Shown here: piece by piece, positions 18,407-27,668 of the stretch | Layout of the letters: each line of letters opens with the position of its first letter | Numbering within the stretch: the first letter of the stretch is position 1 | Assembly (NCBI GenBank): GCA_031372565.1 | Contig: JANMLN010000057.1 | Coordinates: 15,025-79,024, forward strand | Reading direction: 5' to 3' | DNA from: Gemmatimonadota bacterium | Lineage (GTDB): Bacteria > Gemmatimonadota > Gemmatimonadetes > Gemmatimonadales > Gemmatimonadaceae | DNA: 64,000 nucleotides | Position numbers and translations under genes: made by a program | The notes under the pieces: generated by a model | The model's input: only the letters and a program-made list of their open reading frames with translations | What the model was told of the DNA's origin: nothing | Databases searched by the model: none

Positions 18407-19843
18407 GTGAGCTTCCTCTCGGCACGCCTCACGGACGGTCGCACGATCGAGTTCGAGGATCGGGCCCTCAACTCGGGCGGCGAGAAAGTCGTGTTCCGCA
18501 CACGCGACCGGCAGCACGTGGTCGGGTTCTTCCATGGCCGCCTGAGCGACCGCCGTGAACGCGCCGACCGGTTGCAGCGCATCATCACGCGCTACAATCC
18601 GACCACAGGCAAGCACGGTGCCTTCTGGCATCCGTACTTCTGCTGGCCTACCGGCGTTGTCGATGGCGACGGGGGGATTCCGCCGCGCTTCGCCCAGCAG
18701 AACGGACTCGTCCTTCCCGCATTGGGCGTGGTCGCGCCGATCTACCGCAAGGAGTTCTTCTTCCGCGACCGGTTCGGCACGCTGCAGGAGAAGGAGGTGA
18801 AGTGGTTCACCGGGCGCAAGGCGGCGACGTTCGTCCCGGAGCACGAGTTCGGATCGTTTCTCACGCGCCTGCAGGTGTGCACGCGCCTCACGCGCGCCGT
18901 GCGCCGCATGCACTTCGCCGGACTCGCGCATTCCGACCTGTCGAACAAGAACGTGCTCATCGATCCCAAGGGAGGCGATGCGTGCGTGATCGACATCGAC
19001 TCGCTCGTGGTGCCGGGCATCGCGCCGCCGTCGGTGCTGGGCACGCCGGGATACATCGCCCCGGAAGTGATGGCCGGTCGGGCCCGGCCGAGCATCGACA
19101 CCGACAAGCACGCGCTCGCGGTGCTGCTCTACCAGATCCTGCTCAACCGGCATCCGCTGCAGGGTCGCAAGGTCCACAGCCGCCGCTCCGCGGAGGAGGA
19201 CGAGACGTTGTCGATGGGCGACAAGGCGCTCTTTGTCGAGCATCCACTGGATCACAGCAACCCGCCCGTGCACCCGATCCGCGTGCCGATGGGACGGCTC
19301 GGACCCTATCTCGCGCCGCTGTTCGAGCAGACGTTCGTGCGCGGGCTGCACCATCCGGCGCGTCGCGCGGACGCCGCCGAGTGGGAAGTGGCGCTGTATC
19401 GCACGCTCAACCTCGTCCACCCGACGCCGAGCGGGCGCGAGTGGTTGGTCGTCGCACCGGGACTGCCGATGCAGTGCCCCTTCACGGGCGAGCGGCTGAA
19501 GCATCCGGTGCCGATCGCGCACTTCCTGCGCGACGCGCATGGCGCCGTCGCGGACGAACACCAGGCGTTGGTGCTCTTCCACCACCTGCGCCTGCAGGCG
19601 TGGCACCTGCGGCCCAACGTGCTGCCGGATGAGTCCGCCGACCGTACCGCGCTGGGCTACGTGTCGCATCATGACGGGGCGTGGTGGATGGTCAACCTCG
19701 GCGACGACGTCTGGCGGCCGTCACGGGGCGTGGCGGTCCATCGCAATGAAGCGCTGGAACTAACCCCGGGCCTCGACGTGCGCGTGGGTGAGGGCGATCC
19801 GGCGCGCATCTTCCGCATCGAGTTCCGCAGTCCCACGGCCTGA
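18407..19843 (+). CDS. TerY-associated Ser/Thr kinase with a C-terminal FHA-like domain
   Basis: SGGEKVVF, FCWPT, GLAHSDLSNKNVLID, IDID, GTPGYIAPEV, TDKHALAVL; GTG start 1 bp after the PP2C stop. Confidence 0.88.
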   Translation: MSFLSARLTDGRTIEFEDRALNSGGEKVVFRTRDRQHVVGFFHGRLSDRRERADRLQRIITRYNPTTGKHGAFWHPYFCWPTGVVDGDGGIPPRFAQQNGLVLPALGVVAPIYRKEFFFRDRFGTLQEKEVKWFTGRKAATFVPEHEFGSFLTRLQVCTRLTRAVRRMHFAGLAHSDLSNKNVLIDPKGGDACVIDIDSLVVPGIAPPSVLGTPGYIAPEVMAGRARPSIDTDKHALAVLLYQILLNRHPLQGRKVHSRRSAEEDETLSMGDKALFVEHPLDHSNPPVHPIRVPMGRLGPYLAPLFEQTFVRGLHHPARRADAAEWEVALYRTLNLVHPTPSGREWLVVAPGLPMQCPFTGERLKHPVPIAHFLRDAHGAVADEHQALVLFHHLRLQAWHLRPNVLPDESADRTALGYVSHHDGAWWMVNLGDDVWRPSRGVAVHRNEALELTPGLDVRVGEGDPARIFRIEFRSPTA

Positions 19844-19846
19844 GCG

Positions 19847-21310
19847 ATGGACGTTCGCGCGCTGGTGCGGCAGGCGCTCGTTGCCCGTGTGGCCGACACG
19901 ACGTGGTGGCCACCCGCGGATGCCACGCGGTTCCACAACCGGTTGCTGGATGATTGCGGTGACGTGGCGCGCCCCGACGTCGCGCTGCTCATGCAACTGC
20001 ACGCACGCGACGTGGGCGGACGGCTGCCGCAAGCGGTGCTGTCGCACGCGGCGTGGCACCGCGAGCGCGCGATGCTCACGATGGTGTTCGCGCATGAACT
20101 CTCGGCCGAGGGCGGCGTGCACGAGCACGATCTGCTCTGGGCCGTGGAGAGCTGGGCACTCGCGCTGTCGGTGATCGACGCTGCCCTGCTCATCCCGCCA
20201 CCACCGGTGCGCGCACCCAGGCGGACGGCGACATCGGGACCGCAGGCATCGGCCGGCCGCACCTCGCGTGCGGGAACGGGCCCGAGCGGGACCGGCGCCT
20301 CCCCCTCGGTGCCCACCTCCTCCCCCTCGGTGCCCACCTCGACGAAGCGCGGTCGAGGGTGGCCGCACGGCCCCATCGCGCGTGCTGCCCCCACCCCGAA
20401 TCACTGGACGTACCGGTGGCCGCTCGACGCCATCACGTTCGGCATGATGGCCTTTCTGGGCGTCGGCGTCGCGGTGGCCGAATGGGCGATGGCGCGTGAT
20501 GCCCGGCTCGCGCGCGAGCGGACGCAGCGGGCCGCGGTCACGGCGGCCTCGTCCGACGTTCGCAGCGCGAACCAGGCCACCACGCTCGTCGCATCGGCAG
20601 CAGGCAGCGTGATGGCGACGGCGACGCCCGAGCCGGAGGACGCCGTGCGCGCCCCGCAACTGCGCGTGCTGCCGAACACCGGGCCTGTCGTGGCTGTGGC
20701 GGGGGATCGCGCGCCAAGCGCCGTGGACACCGTGCAGCTGCGCGACGGGCGTCTCCTTGTGGGCACGATCGGCGTGATCACCGAATCGCACCTGTACCTG
20801 ACCGACGCCGCGACCGGACTCCCCTTCGAGTTGCGCGTGGGCGCCGTGACGCGCGTGCGCACACACGCCGGTCGGCAGCTGCGCTTCGACGCCGCGGGTG
20901 ACGACAGCGCACGGAGCCCCTCGCTGATCGTGCGCGGCGTGGGGGGACGCTATGTCGTGCGCCGACGCGTCCTCGCGGCCAGCGGCGACGCGAGTTGCGA
21001 GGGTACGGGGCGCGCCATCGATCCGGTCGAGCAGACCGACGAGGAGATCACGCATGCGCCCGGGAGCGCCACCTTCACGATGCCATCGCGGCCCGGCGTG
21101 CACGGCACCATCGCACCCGACGGACGGTTCGAGACGGTTCTCCTGAGCGGCATCCGTGCCATGGGCGACTACAGCTGGCGCATGGTCGGCCACTTCACGC
21201 CGACCGGCTTCATCGCCGAGGCCGACGCCAGCACCGTCGTGGTCACACGCTGGCGCGACAGCCAGCGCTGCCGCTTCCTGACCGAGCTCACCGGAGTCCG
21301 CCGACCATGA
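19847..21310 (+). CDS. Hypothetical single-pass membrane protein (paralog A)
   Basis: N-terminal helical domain ending WAVESWALAL.VID, S/T/P-rich linker, one TM (ITFGMMAFLGVGVAVA), beta-rich C-terminal domain with two Cys. Confidence 0.75.
   Translation: MDVRALVRQALVARVADTTWWPPADATRFHNRLLDDCGDVARPDVALLMQLHARDVGGRLPQAVLSHAAWHRERAMLTMVFAHELSAEGGVHEHDLLWAVESWALALSVIDAALLIPPPPVRAPRRTATSGPQASAGRTSRAGTGPSGTGASPSVPTSSPSVPTSTKRGRGWPHGPIARAAPTPNHWTYRWPLDAITFGMMAFLGVGVAVAEWAMARDARLARERTQRAAVTAASSDVRSANQATTLVASAAGSVMATATPEPEDAVRAPQLRVLPNTGPVVAVAGDRAPSAVDTVQLRDGRLLVGTIGVITESHLYLTDAATGLPFELRVGAVTRVRTHAGRQLRFDAAGDDSARSPSLIVRGVGGRYVVRRRVLAASGDASCEGTGRAIDPVEQTDEEITHAPGSATFTMPSRPGVHGTIAPDGRFETVLLSGIRAMGDYSWRMVGHFTPTGFIAEADASTVVVTRWRDSQRCRFLTELTGVRRP
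20298..20339 (+). repeat. Perfect 21-bp tandem duplication (CCTCCCCCTCGGTGCCCACCT x2) encoding SPSVPTS twice
   Basis: Read directly; in frame within the linker of paralog A. Confidence 0.9.
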
Positions 21311-22938
21311 CGGACGAACGTCGCGTCGTGCAGGGCGGGCTGCGCCGCCTGATCAACCGGGAACCACGCTGGGCCGAATGGTCGGTCGATACGCTGCGCG
21401 GCCGCTTCCTCGACGAGGTGGGCAGCGACTACAAGCCGCTCGTGCTGCTGTTGCTGCGCGTCCACGACATGGGCATTCCGCAGCGGTTGCCGCCCGCGAT
21501 CATCGACGCGGCGCACTGGGATCGCACGCGTGGAACGCTCGGCCAGCGGCTCGCCGCGGAGCTGTTCCTGCAGCCCCAGATGGCGGAGTGGGCGGTCGAA
21601 TCGTGGGCCTGGGCGCTGCACGTGATCGACGAGGAGTTTCTGCTCGATCCGCCGCAGGCACGGCCCGCGGCGGCCGTCGCGGCTGGACGCCCGGTCGCCG
21701 GCCGGTCGCCCAGCAGTGCGCCCCGTTCGACCAGCGCTGGTCGCTCGAGCTCCGCCGCGGGCCGCGCCCAAGCCCGCGCACCGATGCGCACCACGGCGTC
21801 GGTGCCAGCGACCTCGGCCGGCGGGGTGATGCGCTCGAGCAGTGCCGGCGGATCCGGTATCCCCGAGTGGGCGATCAAGGCGGCCTACATCTTCATCCCG
21901 GCGGTGTACGGCGGCTTCCTGCTCTTCATGGGCATCCAGATGGCGCGCAGGAAATCGTTCGATGCGACGCCTGCGAGATCGGCCGCGTTGGTCAGCGCGA
22001 CCGCAGAGACGACGCCGAGCGGGGCTCCGCCCGTATCGAGCGCCGACCTCTCACCCCTGCGCGCCGCGACCGCGAGCCCCGTTGCGGACCCCTCTCGTCC
22101 GGCGCTCGACCCGGTCGTGCAGCCGTACGCCAACACCACCCCCACCGGCGCACCGACCTCCACCAATCAGGCGCTCGCTGCCGACCCGTTGCCCGGCGTC
22201 ACGCGCAGTGCCCTGCCGATGACTGCGAACGACTCTGCCAAGGCCATGGCAGCCACGCCACCACGACGCGCGAGCTTTGCCACCGAGCAGGCGCCCCGCA
22301 ATCCGACGTCGGCGGCCGGTGGACTCGACCAGGTGATCACGACCGATGGGCGGACCATGACCGGACGGGTGGAAGTGATTCGTGCGGGCTCGATCGTGTT
22401 CAAGGACCAGAGCAGCGGACTGCGCTACGAGTTGCCCAAGACATCCGTGGTGCAGGTGCTGACCGAGTTCGGCACGGTCGTGAAATTCGACGGCGGCGAG
22501 CGCGTTGCCGTGAGCCCGGTCGTGAAGCGGGGGGTGGCCGGCCGCTACCGGGTGCACTACGTGATCAACGAAGTCACGGGTACCCCCGAGTGCGCGTCGC
22601 TGTGGAAGAATGCCGCGCCGCCTGATGCCGACACGGAGGTGCGACACCTTCCCGGCGCCGACACGCTCCAATTGGCATTCGTGCGCGGCGGCACGTTCAA
22701 CGCCGTGATGGATCGGGAGGCGCGCTTCACGTCGACGTTCGTCATCGTGCCGGATCAGGCGCTCACGGCCTCGGCGGTGACGTCGCGCATTCGCGGCACG
22801 TTCACCGCGACGGGGTTCTCGGGGCAGGTCACGCTCATCGGTTTTCGCCGCGCGCGGCCGGGGTCGGGACTGACCGACACGGCGTGCCAAAGCGTGCTGG
22901 ACGTGACGGGCACCCGCCTGCCGCCAGCGCCGCGATAG
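21307..22938 (+). CDS. Hypothetical single-pass membrane protein (paralog B)
   Basis: ATGA overlap; same architecture as paralog A: WAVESWAWAL.VID, TM (AYIFIPAVYGGFLLFMGI), D.V...DGR...G, GV.GRY.V, two Cys. Confidence 0.75.
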   Translation: MTDERRVVQGGLRRLINREPRWAEWSVDTLRGRFLDEVGSDYKPLVLLLLRVHDMGIPQRLPPAIIDAAHWDRTRGTLGQRLAAELFLQPQMAEWAVESWAWALHVIDEEFLLDPPQARPAAAVAAGRPVAGRSPSSAPRSTSAGRSSSAAGRAQARAPMRTTASVPATSAGGVMRSSSAGGSGIPEWAIKAAYIFIPAVYGGFLLFMGIQMARRKSFDATPARSAALVSATAETTPSGAPPVSSADLSPLRAATASPVADPSRPALDPVVQPYANTTPTGAPTSTNQALAADPLPGVTRSALPMTANDSAKAMAATPPRRASFATEQAPRNPTSAAGGLDQVITTDGRTMTGRVEVIRAGSIVFKDQSSGLRYELPKTSVVQVLTEFGTVVKFDGGERVAVSPVVKRGVAGRYRVHYVINEVTGTPECASLWKNAAPPDADTEVRHLPGADTLQLAFVRGGTFNAVMDREARFTSTFVIVPDQALTASAVTSRIRGTFTATGFSGQVTLIGFRRARPGSGLTDTACQSVLDVTGTRLPPAPR

Positions 22939-23003
22939 GGGCGGCTGGTGACCCCCGCCTGGTGCGGGGATGTGGGCGCCGCACGGAAGCGGTAACTTCC
23001 GCC

Positions 23004-25091
23004 ATGATCCAGTCTGCTGAGCACTCCTGCGCGCCCGCACGCCGTGCCGCGCGCCGTCTGGCTGCCGTGACCGTCCCGGCGGCCGTCCTCGCGCTGCTCA
23101 CGTTCGGCGCGGAGGTGCACGCCCAGCGCGTCGAGCGCGTGGCGTCCCCCGACGGACGCACGCAGGTATCGGTCGAGATACGCGATGGGCGGCTCACCTA
23201 TGCCGTCCTGCGCAACGGGGCCAAGCTGGTCCTTCCGAGCGCGCTCGGCTTCGCGTTCAAGGGCGCGCCGCCCCTCCGGGACAGCGTGCAGATCGTCGAC
23301 GTCGCACGCCAGTCGCACGATGCGACGTGGACGCAGCCGTGGGGCGAAGTCCGCCGCGTGCGCGATCACCACAACGAGCTGCGCGTCACGGTGCAGGAAA
23401 CCGCGCTGCGCGCGCGCCGATTCACGGTCGTCTTTCGCGCCTTCAACGACGGGCTGGGGTTCCGCTACGAACTGCCGGCGCAGCCCAACCTGACGGAGTT
23501 CGCGATCACCGAGGAGCTCACCGAGTTCGCGTTCGCCACCGATGGCCGGGCGTGGTGGATTCCGTCGTTCCAGCAGAACCGGTACGAGTACCTGTACCGC
23601 GCGTCGCCGATGAGCACGCTCGACACGGTGCACACGCCGCTGACGATCGAGTTTCCCTCGGGCACGCACGTGGTCGTGCACGAGGCCGACCTCGAGGATT
23701 ACGCGGCGCTCAACCTTCGCGGCGGCAAGGAGCAGAACCGCACGCTCCGGCCCGTGCTGGCCCTCATGCACGATGGCGTGGCCGCGTACGGCCGCACACC
23801 GTTCGCGACACCGTGGCGCACGCTGCAGATCGCGGACCGCGCGGCGGACCTGCTACCCTCCGTGCTCGGGCTCAACCTGAATCCGCCGAGCCGGATCGCC
23901 GATACGACGTTCGTGACGCCGATGAAGTACAACGGCATCTGGTGGGGGATGCACATCAACACGATGACGTGGGAGTCGGGCCCCATCCATGGCGCCACGA
24001 CCGCCAATGCCAAGCGCTACATCGATTTCGCCGCCGCCAACAACCTCGGTGGCATGCTGGTGGAGGGGTGGAACGTCGGATGGGACGGTGGCTGGGTCGA
24101 CAACGGCGACAAGTTCTCCTTCACCAAGGCCTACCCCGACTACGATCTCGTCTCCGTCGCCGCGTACGCCAAGCTCAAGGGGGTCCAGCTCATCGGCCAC
24201 AACGAGACGGCGATGGGGATCGACAACTACGAGCGCCAGCTCGACAGCGCCTTCTCCCTGTACAGGAAGCTGGGCATCACGTCGGTCAAGACGGGCTATG
24301 TCGGCGACAAGATGCGCAACGGCGACTATCACCATTCGCAGACGATGGTGCGGCACTATCGCAAGGTGATCGAGACCGCGGCCCGGTACGGCATCAGCAT
24401 CGACGCGCATGAGCCGATTCACGACACGGGCGAACGGCGCACCTGGCCCAACATGATCACGCGCGAAGGCGCGCGCGGGCAGGAGTACAACGCCTGGGGC
24501 GGCGACGGTGGCAACCCGCCCGAACACGAAACGATCCTGTTCTTCACGCGCATGATTGCCGGGCCCTTCGACTTCACCCCCGGCATCTTCGACCTGACCA
24601 TCACGCGACCCACGGGTACGCCGCGCCCCATCGAGGCCTCGCGCCCGCGCACCACGCTCGCCAAGCAGCTGGCGCTGTACGTGGTCCTGTACTCGCCCAT
24701 CCAGATGGCGGCGGATCTGCCCGAGAACTACGAAGGCCAGCCCGCCTTCCAGTTCATCCGCGACGTCGCGGTCGACTGGGACACGACGCGCGTGATCGAC
24801 GGCAAGATCGGTGACTTCGTGCTCGTCGCCCGCAAGGCACGCGGCAAGGACGAATGGTTCGTCGGCGCCATCACCGACGAAGCGTCGCGCTCGATGGAGA
24901 TCAAGCTCGACTTCCTCAGCGCCGGCAAGCGATACGTCGCCGAGATCTATGCCGATGGACCGAAGGCGCACTTCCTCGACAACCCGACCGCTGTGGCCAT
25001 CTCGTCGCAGCCGGTGACCGCCGCCACGCGGCTCACCCTGCGACTCGCAGCGGGCGGGGGACAGGCGATCCGCATTCGCCCCGCCAAGTGA
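23004..25091 (+). CDS. GH97 alpha-glucosidase/glucoamylase (SusB-like), secreted
   Basis: Signal peptide; SPDG, FRAFNDG.GFRY, KY.GIWWGMH, LVEGWN.GW, VKTGYV, REGARGQEYNAW, DFTPG. Confidence 0.93.
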   Translation: MIQSAEHSCAPARRAARRLAAVTVPAAVLALLTFGAEVHAQRVERVASPDGRTQVSVEIRDGRLTYAVLRNGAKLVLPSALGFAFKGAPPLRDSVQIVDVARQSHDATWTQPWGEVRRVRDHHNELRVTVQETALRARRFTVVFRAFNDGLGFRYELPAQPNLTEFAITEELTEFAFATDGRAWWIPSFQQNRYEYLYRASPMSTLDTVHTPLTIEFPSGTHVVVHEADLEDYAALNLRGGKEQNRTLRPVLALMHDGVAAYGRTPFATPWRTLQIADRAADLLPSVLGLNLNPPSRIADTTFVTPMKYNGIWWGMHINTMTWESGPIHGATTANAKRYIDFAAANNLGGMLVEGWNVGWDGGWVDNGDKFSFTKAYPDYDLVSVAAYAKLKGVQLIGHNETAMGIDNYERQLDSAFSLYRKLGITSVKTGYVGDKMRNGDYHHSQTMVRHYRKVIETAARYGISIDAHEPIHDTGERRTWPNMITREGARGQEYNAWGGDGGNPPEHETILFFTRMIAGPFDFTPGIFDLTITRPTGTPRPIEASRPRTTLAKQLALYVVLYSPIQMAADLPENYEGQPAFQFIRDVAVDWDTTRVIDGKIGDFVLVARKARGKDEWFVGAITDEASRSMEIKLDFLSAGKRYVAEIYADGPKAHFLDNPTAVAISSQPVTAATRLTLRLAAGGGQAIRIRPAK

Positions 25092-25099
25092 CCGCCCCC

Positions 25100-26524
25100 A
25101 TGCACACGCGCCTCCGCTCCGGCACGCAACGCGCCGCGCGCATCGCCGTCGTCCTCCTCTCGCTCGGGGCCTGCTCCAAGCCGGCGCCGGCGACGAACGC
25201 CGCGGTGCCACCGTCCGCCGCTGCCCTCGACGCCGCCACCACCCACCCCGCCTGGTCGGCGCAGGCGACCATCTACGAGGTGAACATCCGGCAGTACACC
25301 CCCGAGGGCACGCTCGCCGCCTTCACGCGGGAGATCCCGCGCCTCAAGCGGCTCGGCGTGGATATCCTCTGGATCATGCCGGTGCAGCCCATTGGCCGGA
25401 AGAATCGCAAGGGCTCGCTCGGCAGCTACTACTCCATTGCCGACTATCGGGCGATCAATCCCGAGTTCGGCACGATGGCCGACTTCCGTGACCTCGTGAC
25501 CTCCGCGCACAAACAGGGGCTCAAGGTCATTCTCGACTGGGTGCCCAATCACACGGCCTTCGATCATCCGTGGACCACGGCGCACCCGGATTTCTACACG
25601 CACAACGCCGATGGGTCGATCTCGGTGGCCCGCAACAACGACGGGACGCTCACCGACTGGACCGACGTTGCCGATCTCGACTACGAGAACCCGGCCATGC
25701 GGCAGGCGATGATCGGCGAGCTGCGCTGGTGGGTCGACTCGACCGGCATTGACGGCTTCCGGCAGGACGTGGCGTGGGGCGTCCCGCACAGCTTCTGGAA
25801 GGAAGTGCACGACACCTTCCGCCCGTCGCATCCCGACCTGTTCTTTCTTGCCGAAGCCGAGGACGCGGCACTGCACGAGTCGTTCGATGCCACGTACACC
25901 TGGGAGATGCACCACCTGCTCAACGCCATCGCGCAGGGCAAGAAGGGCTTCGGCGAGCTGACGGCGTACTTCGAGCGGCAGGTGAAAACGTACAATCCCG
26001 GCGCCTTCCGGATGTCGTTCACGAGCAACCACGACGAGAACAGCTGGCAGGGTACCGAGTTCGAGCGGATGGGCAGCAACCACCAGGCCGCGTTCATTCT
26101 TGCCGCGACGCTCCAGGGCTCCTTCCCGTTGCTCTACACGGGGCAGGAGGTGAGCCTGAACAAGCGGCTCCGCTTCTTCGACAAGGACACCGTCCCCATG
26201 ACGGGCGCGTCGCTGGCCGACTTCTACGCGTCGGTGTTTGCGCTGAAGCACGCCCAGCCGGCCTTGGCCAACGGCGGGTGGGGCGCGCCGCAGGTGGCGC
26301 TCCGCCACACCGCCGGGGAGCGGGTCTTCGCCTTCACGCGCACCAAGGGCGCCAACACGGTGCTGGTGGCGGTGAACTTCGGCGATGCGCCCACGGCCGT
26401 GGCGTACGCCGGCCTCGCCGAGGCCGGCACGTACACCGACTGGTTCTCGAAGGCCGGCGTGACACTCGGTGCCACCGGTACCATCGACGTGCCCGCGCAC
26501 GGCTGGCGCGTGCTCACGCGCTGA
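25100..26524 (+). CDS. GH13 alpha-amylase-family lipoprotein (alternative GTG start at 25088)
   Basis: LLSLGAC lipobox; IYEVNIRQYT, DWVPNH, DGFRQDVA, LAEAE, NHDEN catalytic regions. Confidence 0.92.
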   Translation: MHTRLRSGTQRAARIAVVLLSLGACSKPAPATNAAVPPSAAALDAATTHPAWSAQATIYEVNIRQYTPEGTLAAFTREIPRLKRLGVDILWIMPVQPIGRKNRKGSLGSYYSIADYRAINPEFGTMADFRDLVTSAHKQGLKVILDWVPNHTAFDHPWTTAHPDFYTHNADGSISVARNNDGTLTDWTDVADLDYENPAMRQAMIGELRWWVDSTGIDGFRQDVAWGVPHSFWKEVHDTFRPSHPDLFFLAEAEDAALHESFDATYTWEMHHLLNAIAQGKKGFGELTAYFERQVKTYNPGAFRMSFTSNHDENSWQGTEFERMGSNHQAAFILAATLQGSFPLLYTGQEVSLNKRLRFFDKDTVPMTGASLADFYASVFALKHAQPALANGGWGAPQVALRHTAGERVFAFTRTKGANTVLVAVNFGDAPTAVAYAGLAEAGTYTDWFSKAGVTLGATGTIDVPAHGWRVLTR

Positions 26525-26567
26525 GCGTGTAGTCGTCCTCGACCCTGCCCTTCGCACTCCTCCCGTG

Positions 26568-27539
26568 ATGACCGCCATGCGCATGCACGCACTGTTGGCC
26601 CTGGGCCTCGCCGTCGCCGCCCCGTCCGCCACGCTCCACGCCAGCCCGGTGGTGTCCACCCGTGCGGCGGCCGCGCCGAACGACATTCTTGGGCGCTGGG
26701 ACCTCACGGTGCAGGGCGCCAACGGGCCGCATCCTTCGTGGCTCGAAGTCGCGCTCTCGGGCAGGGCCACGCTGGTCGGCCGCTTCGTGTCGCAGTTTGG
26801 CAGCGCACGGCCCGTGGCCAAGGTGGCCTATGCGGCCGAGGGCACCTACCGCTTCGAGATTCCGCCGCAATGGGAAGCCGGGGCCGGCGACCTGCTCTTC
26901 GAGGGGCGCCTCGACGGCGACAAGCTCTCCGGCTTCATCACCGAACCGAATGGCACGCGTGCCCCCTTCACCGGTGTACGCGCGCCCGACCTGCGCCACC
27001 CCGAGCCCGCGTGGGGAGAGCCGGCCGCGATCTTCAATGGCAAGGACCTCGCTGGCTGGGAGGCGATGGGACCCGGGAGCCAGTGGACCGTCGTGAACGG
27101 CATCCTCACCAACACCAAGAGCGGTGCGAACCTGCGCACGACCGCGACGTATGGCGATTTCAAGCTGCACGTCGAGTTCCGCGTGCCACCGCAGGGCAAC
27201 AGTGGGCTCTACCTGCGCGGGCGACACGAGGTGCAGGTGGAGGATAGCAAGGGCCTCGGCAAGAACAGCCACCACGAAGGGGGCGTCTATGGCTTCCTGG
27301 TGCCCAACGAGAACGCGGCCGGTGCGCCCCTCGAGTGGCAGACGTACGACATCACGCTCGTCGGGCGGCTCGTCACCGTGACGCTCAACGGCCGGACGGT
27401 CATCCGCGACCAGGAAATCCCGGGGCCAACGGGCGGTGCCATGGACAGCAACGAGGGCGAACCGGGCCCGTTGTACCTGCAGGGCGACCACACGTCCATC
27501 GAGTATCGCAAGATCGTGATGACGACGCCGCGACGATGA
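26568..27539 (+). CDS. DUF1080 (3-keto-disaccharide hydrolase/hydratase) protein, secreted
   Basis: IFNGKDLAGW, YGDFKLHVEFR, GNSGLYLRGR.EVQV.D, WQTYDITL, LQGDH..IEYR. Confidence 0.88.
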   Translation: MTAMRMHALLALGLAVAAPSATLHASPVVSTRAAAAPNDILGRWDLTVQGANGPHPSWLEVALSGRATLVGRFVSQFGSARPVAKVAYAAEGTYRFEIPPQWEAGAGDLLFEGRLDGDKLSGFITEPNGTRAPFTGVRAPDLRHPEPAWGEPAAIFNGKDLAGWEAMGPGSQWTVVNGILTNTKSGANLRTTATYGDFKLHVEFRVPPQGNSGLYLRGRHEVQVEDSKGLGKNSHHEGGVYGFLVPNENAAGAPLEWQTYDITLVGRLVTVTLNGRTVIRDQEIPGPTGGAMDSNEGEPGPLYLQGDHTSIEYRKIVMTTPRR

Positions 27540-27668
27540 CGCGGCGCTGCTGATCTTTCCTTCGGCGCTCCCCGATGCCAGAATGTCATCGCTGACGTCG
27601 GGTTTCGGCCTTACCTTCCGTGCGACCCCCGTGGTGGTGTCGTGCGCCCCAGCTTCGAGGAACACGTT

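Noticed and set aside
22984..23001. Palindrome CGGAAG-N6-CTTCCG just before GH97
   Set aside because: Could be an operator, but I saw no second copy and no regulator, so it is unsupported
16584..23003. TerY operon as a mobile island
   Set aside because: No integrase, transposase, tRNA or flanking direct repeats seen, and composition looks like the surroundings
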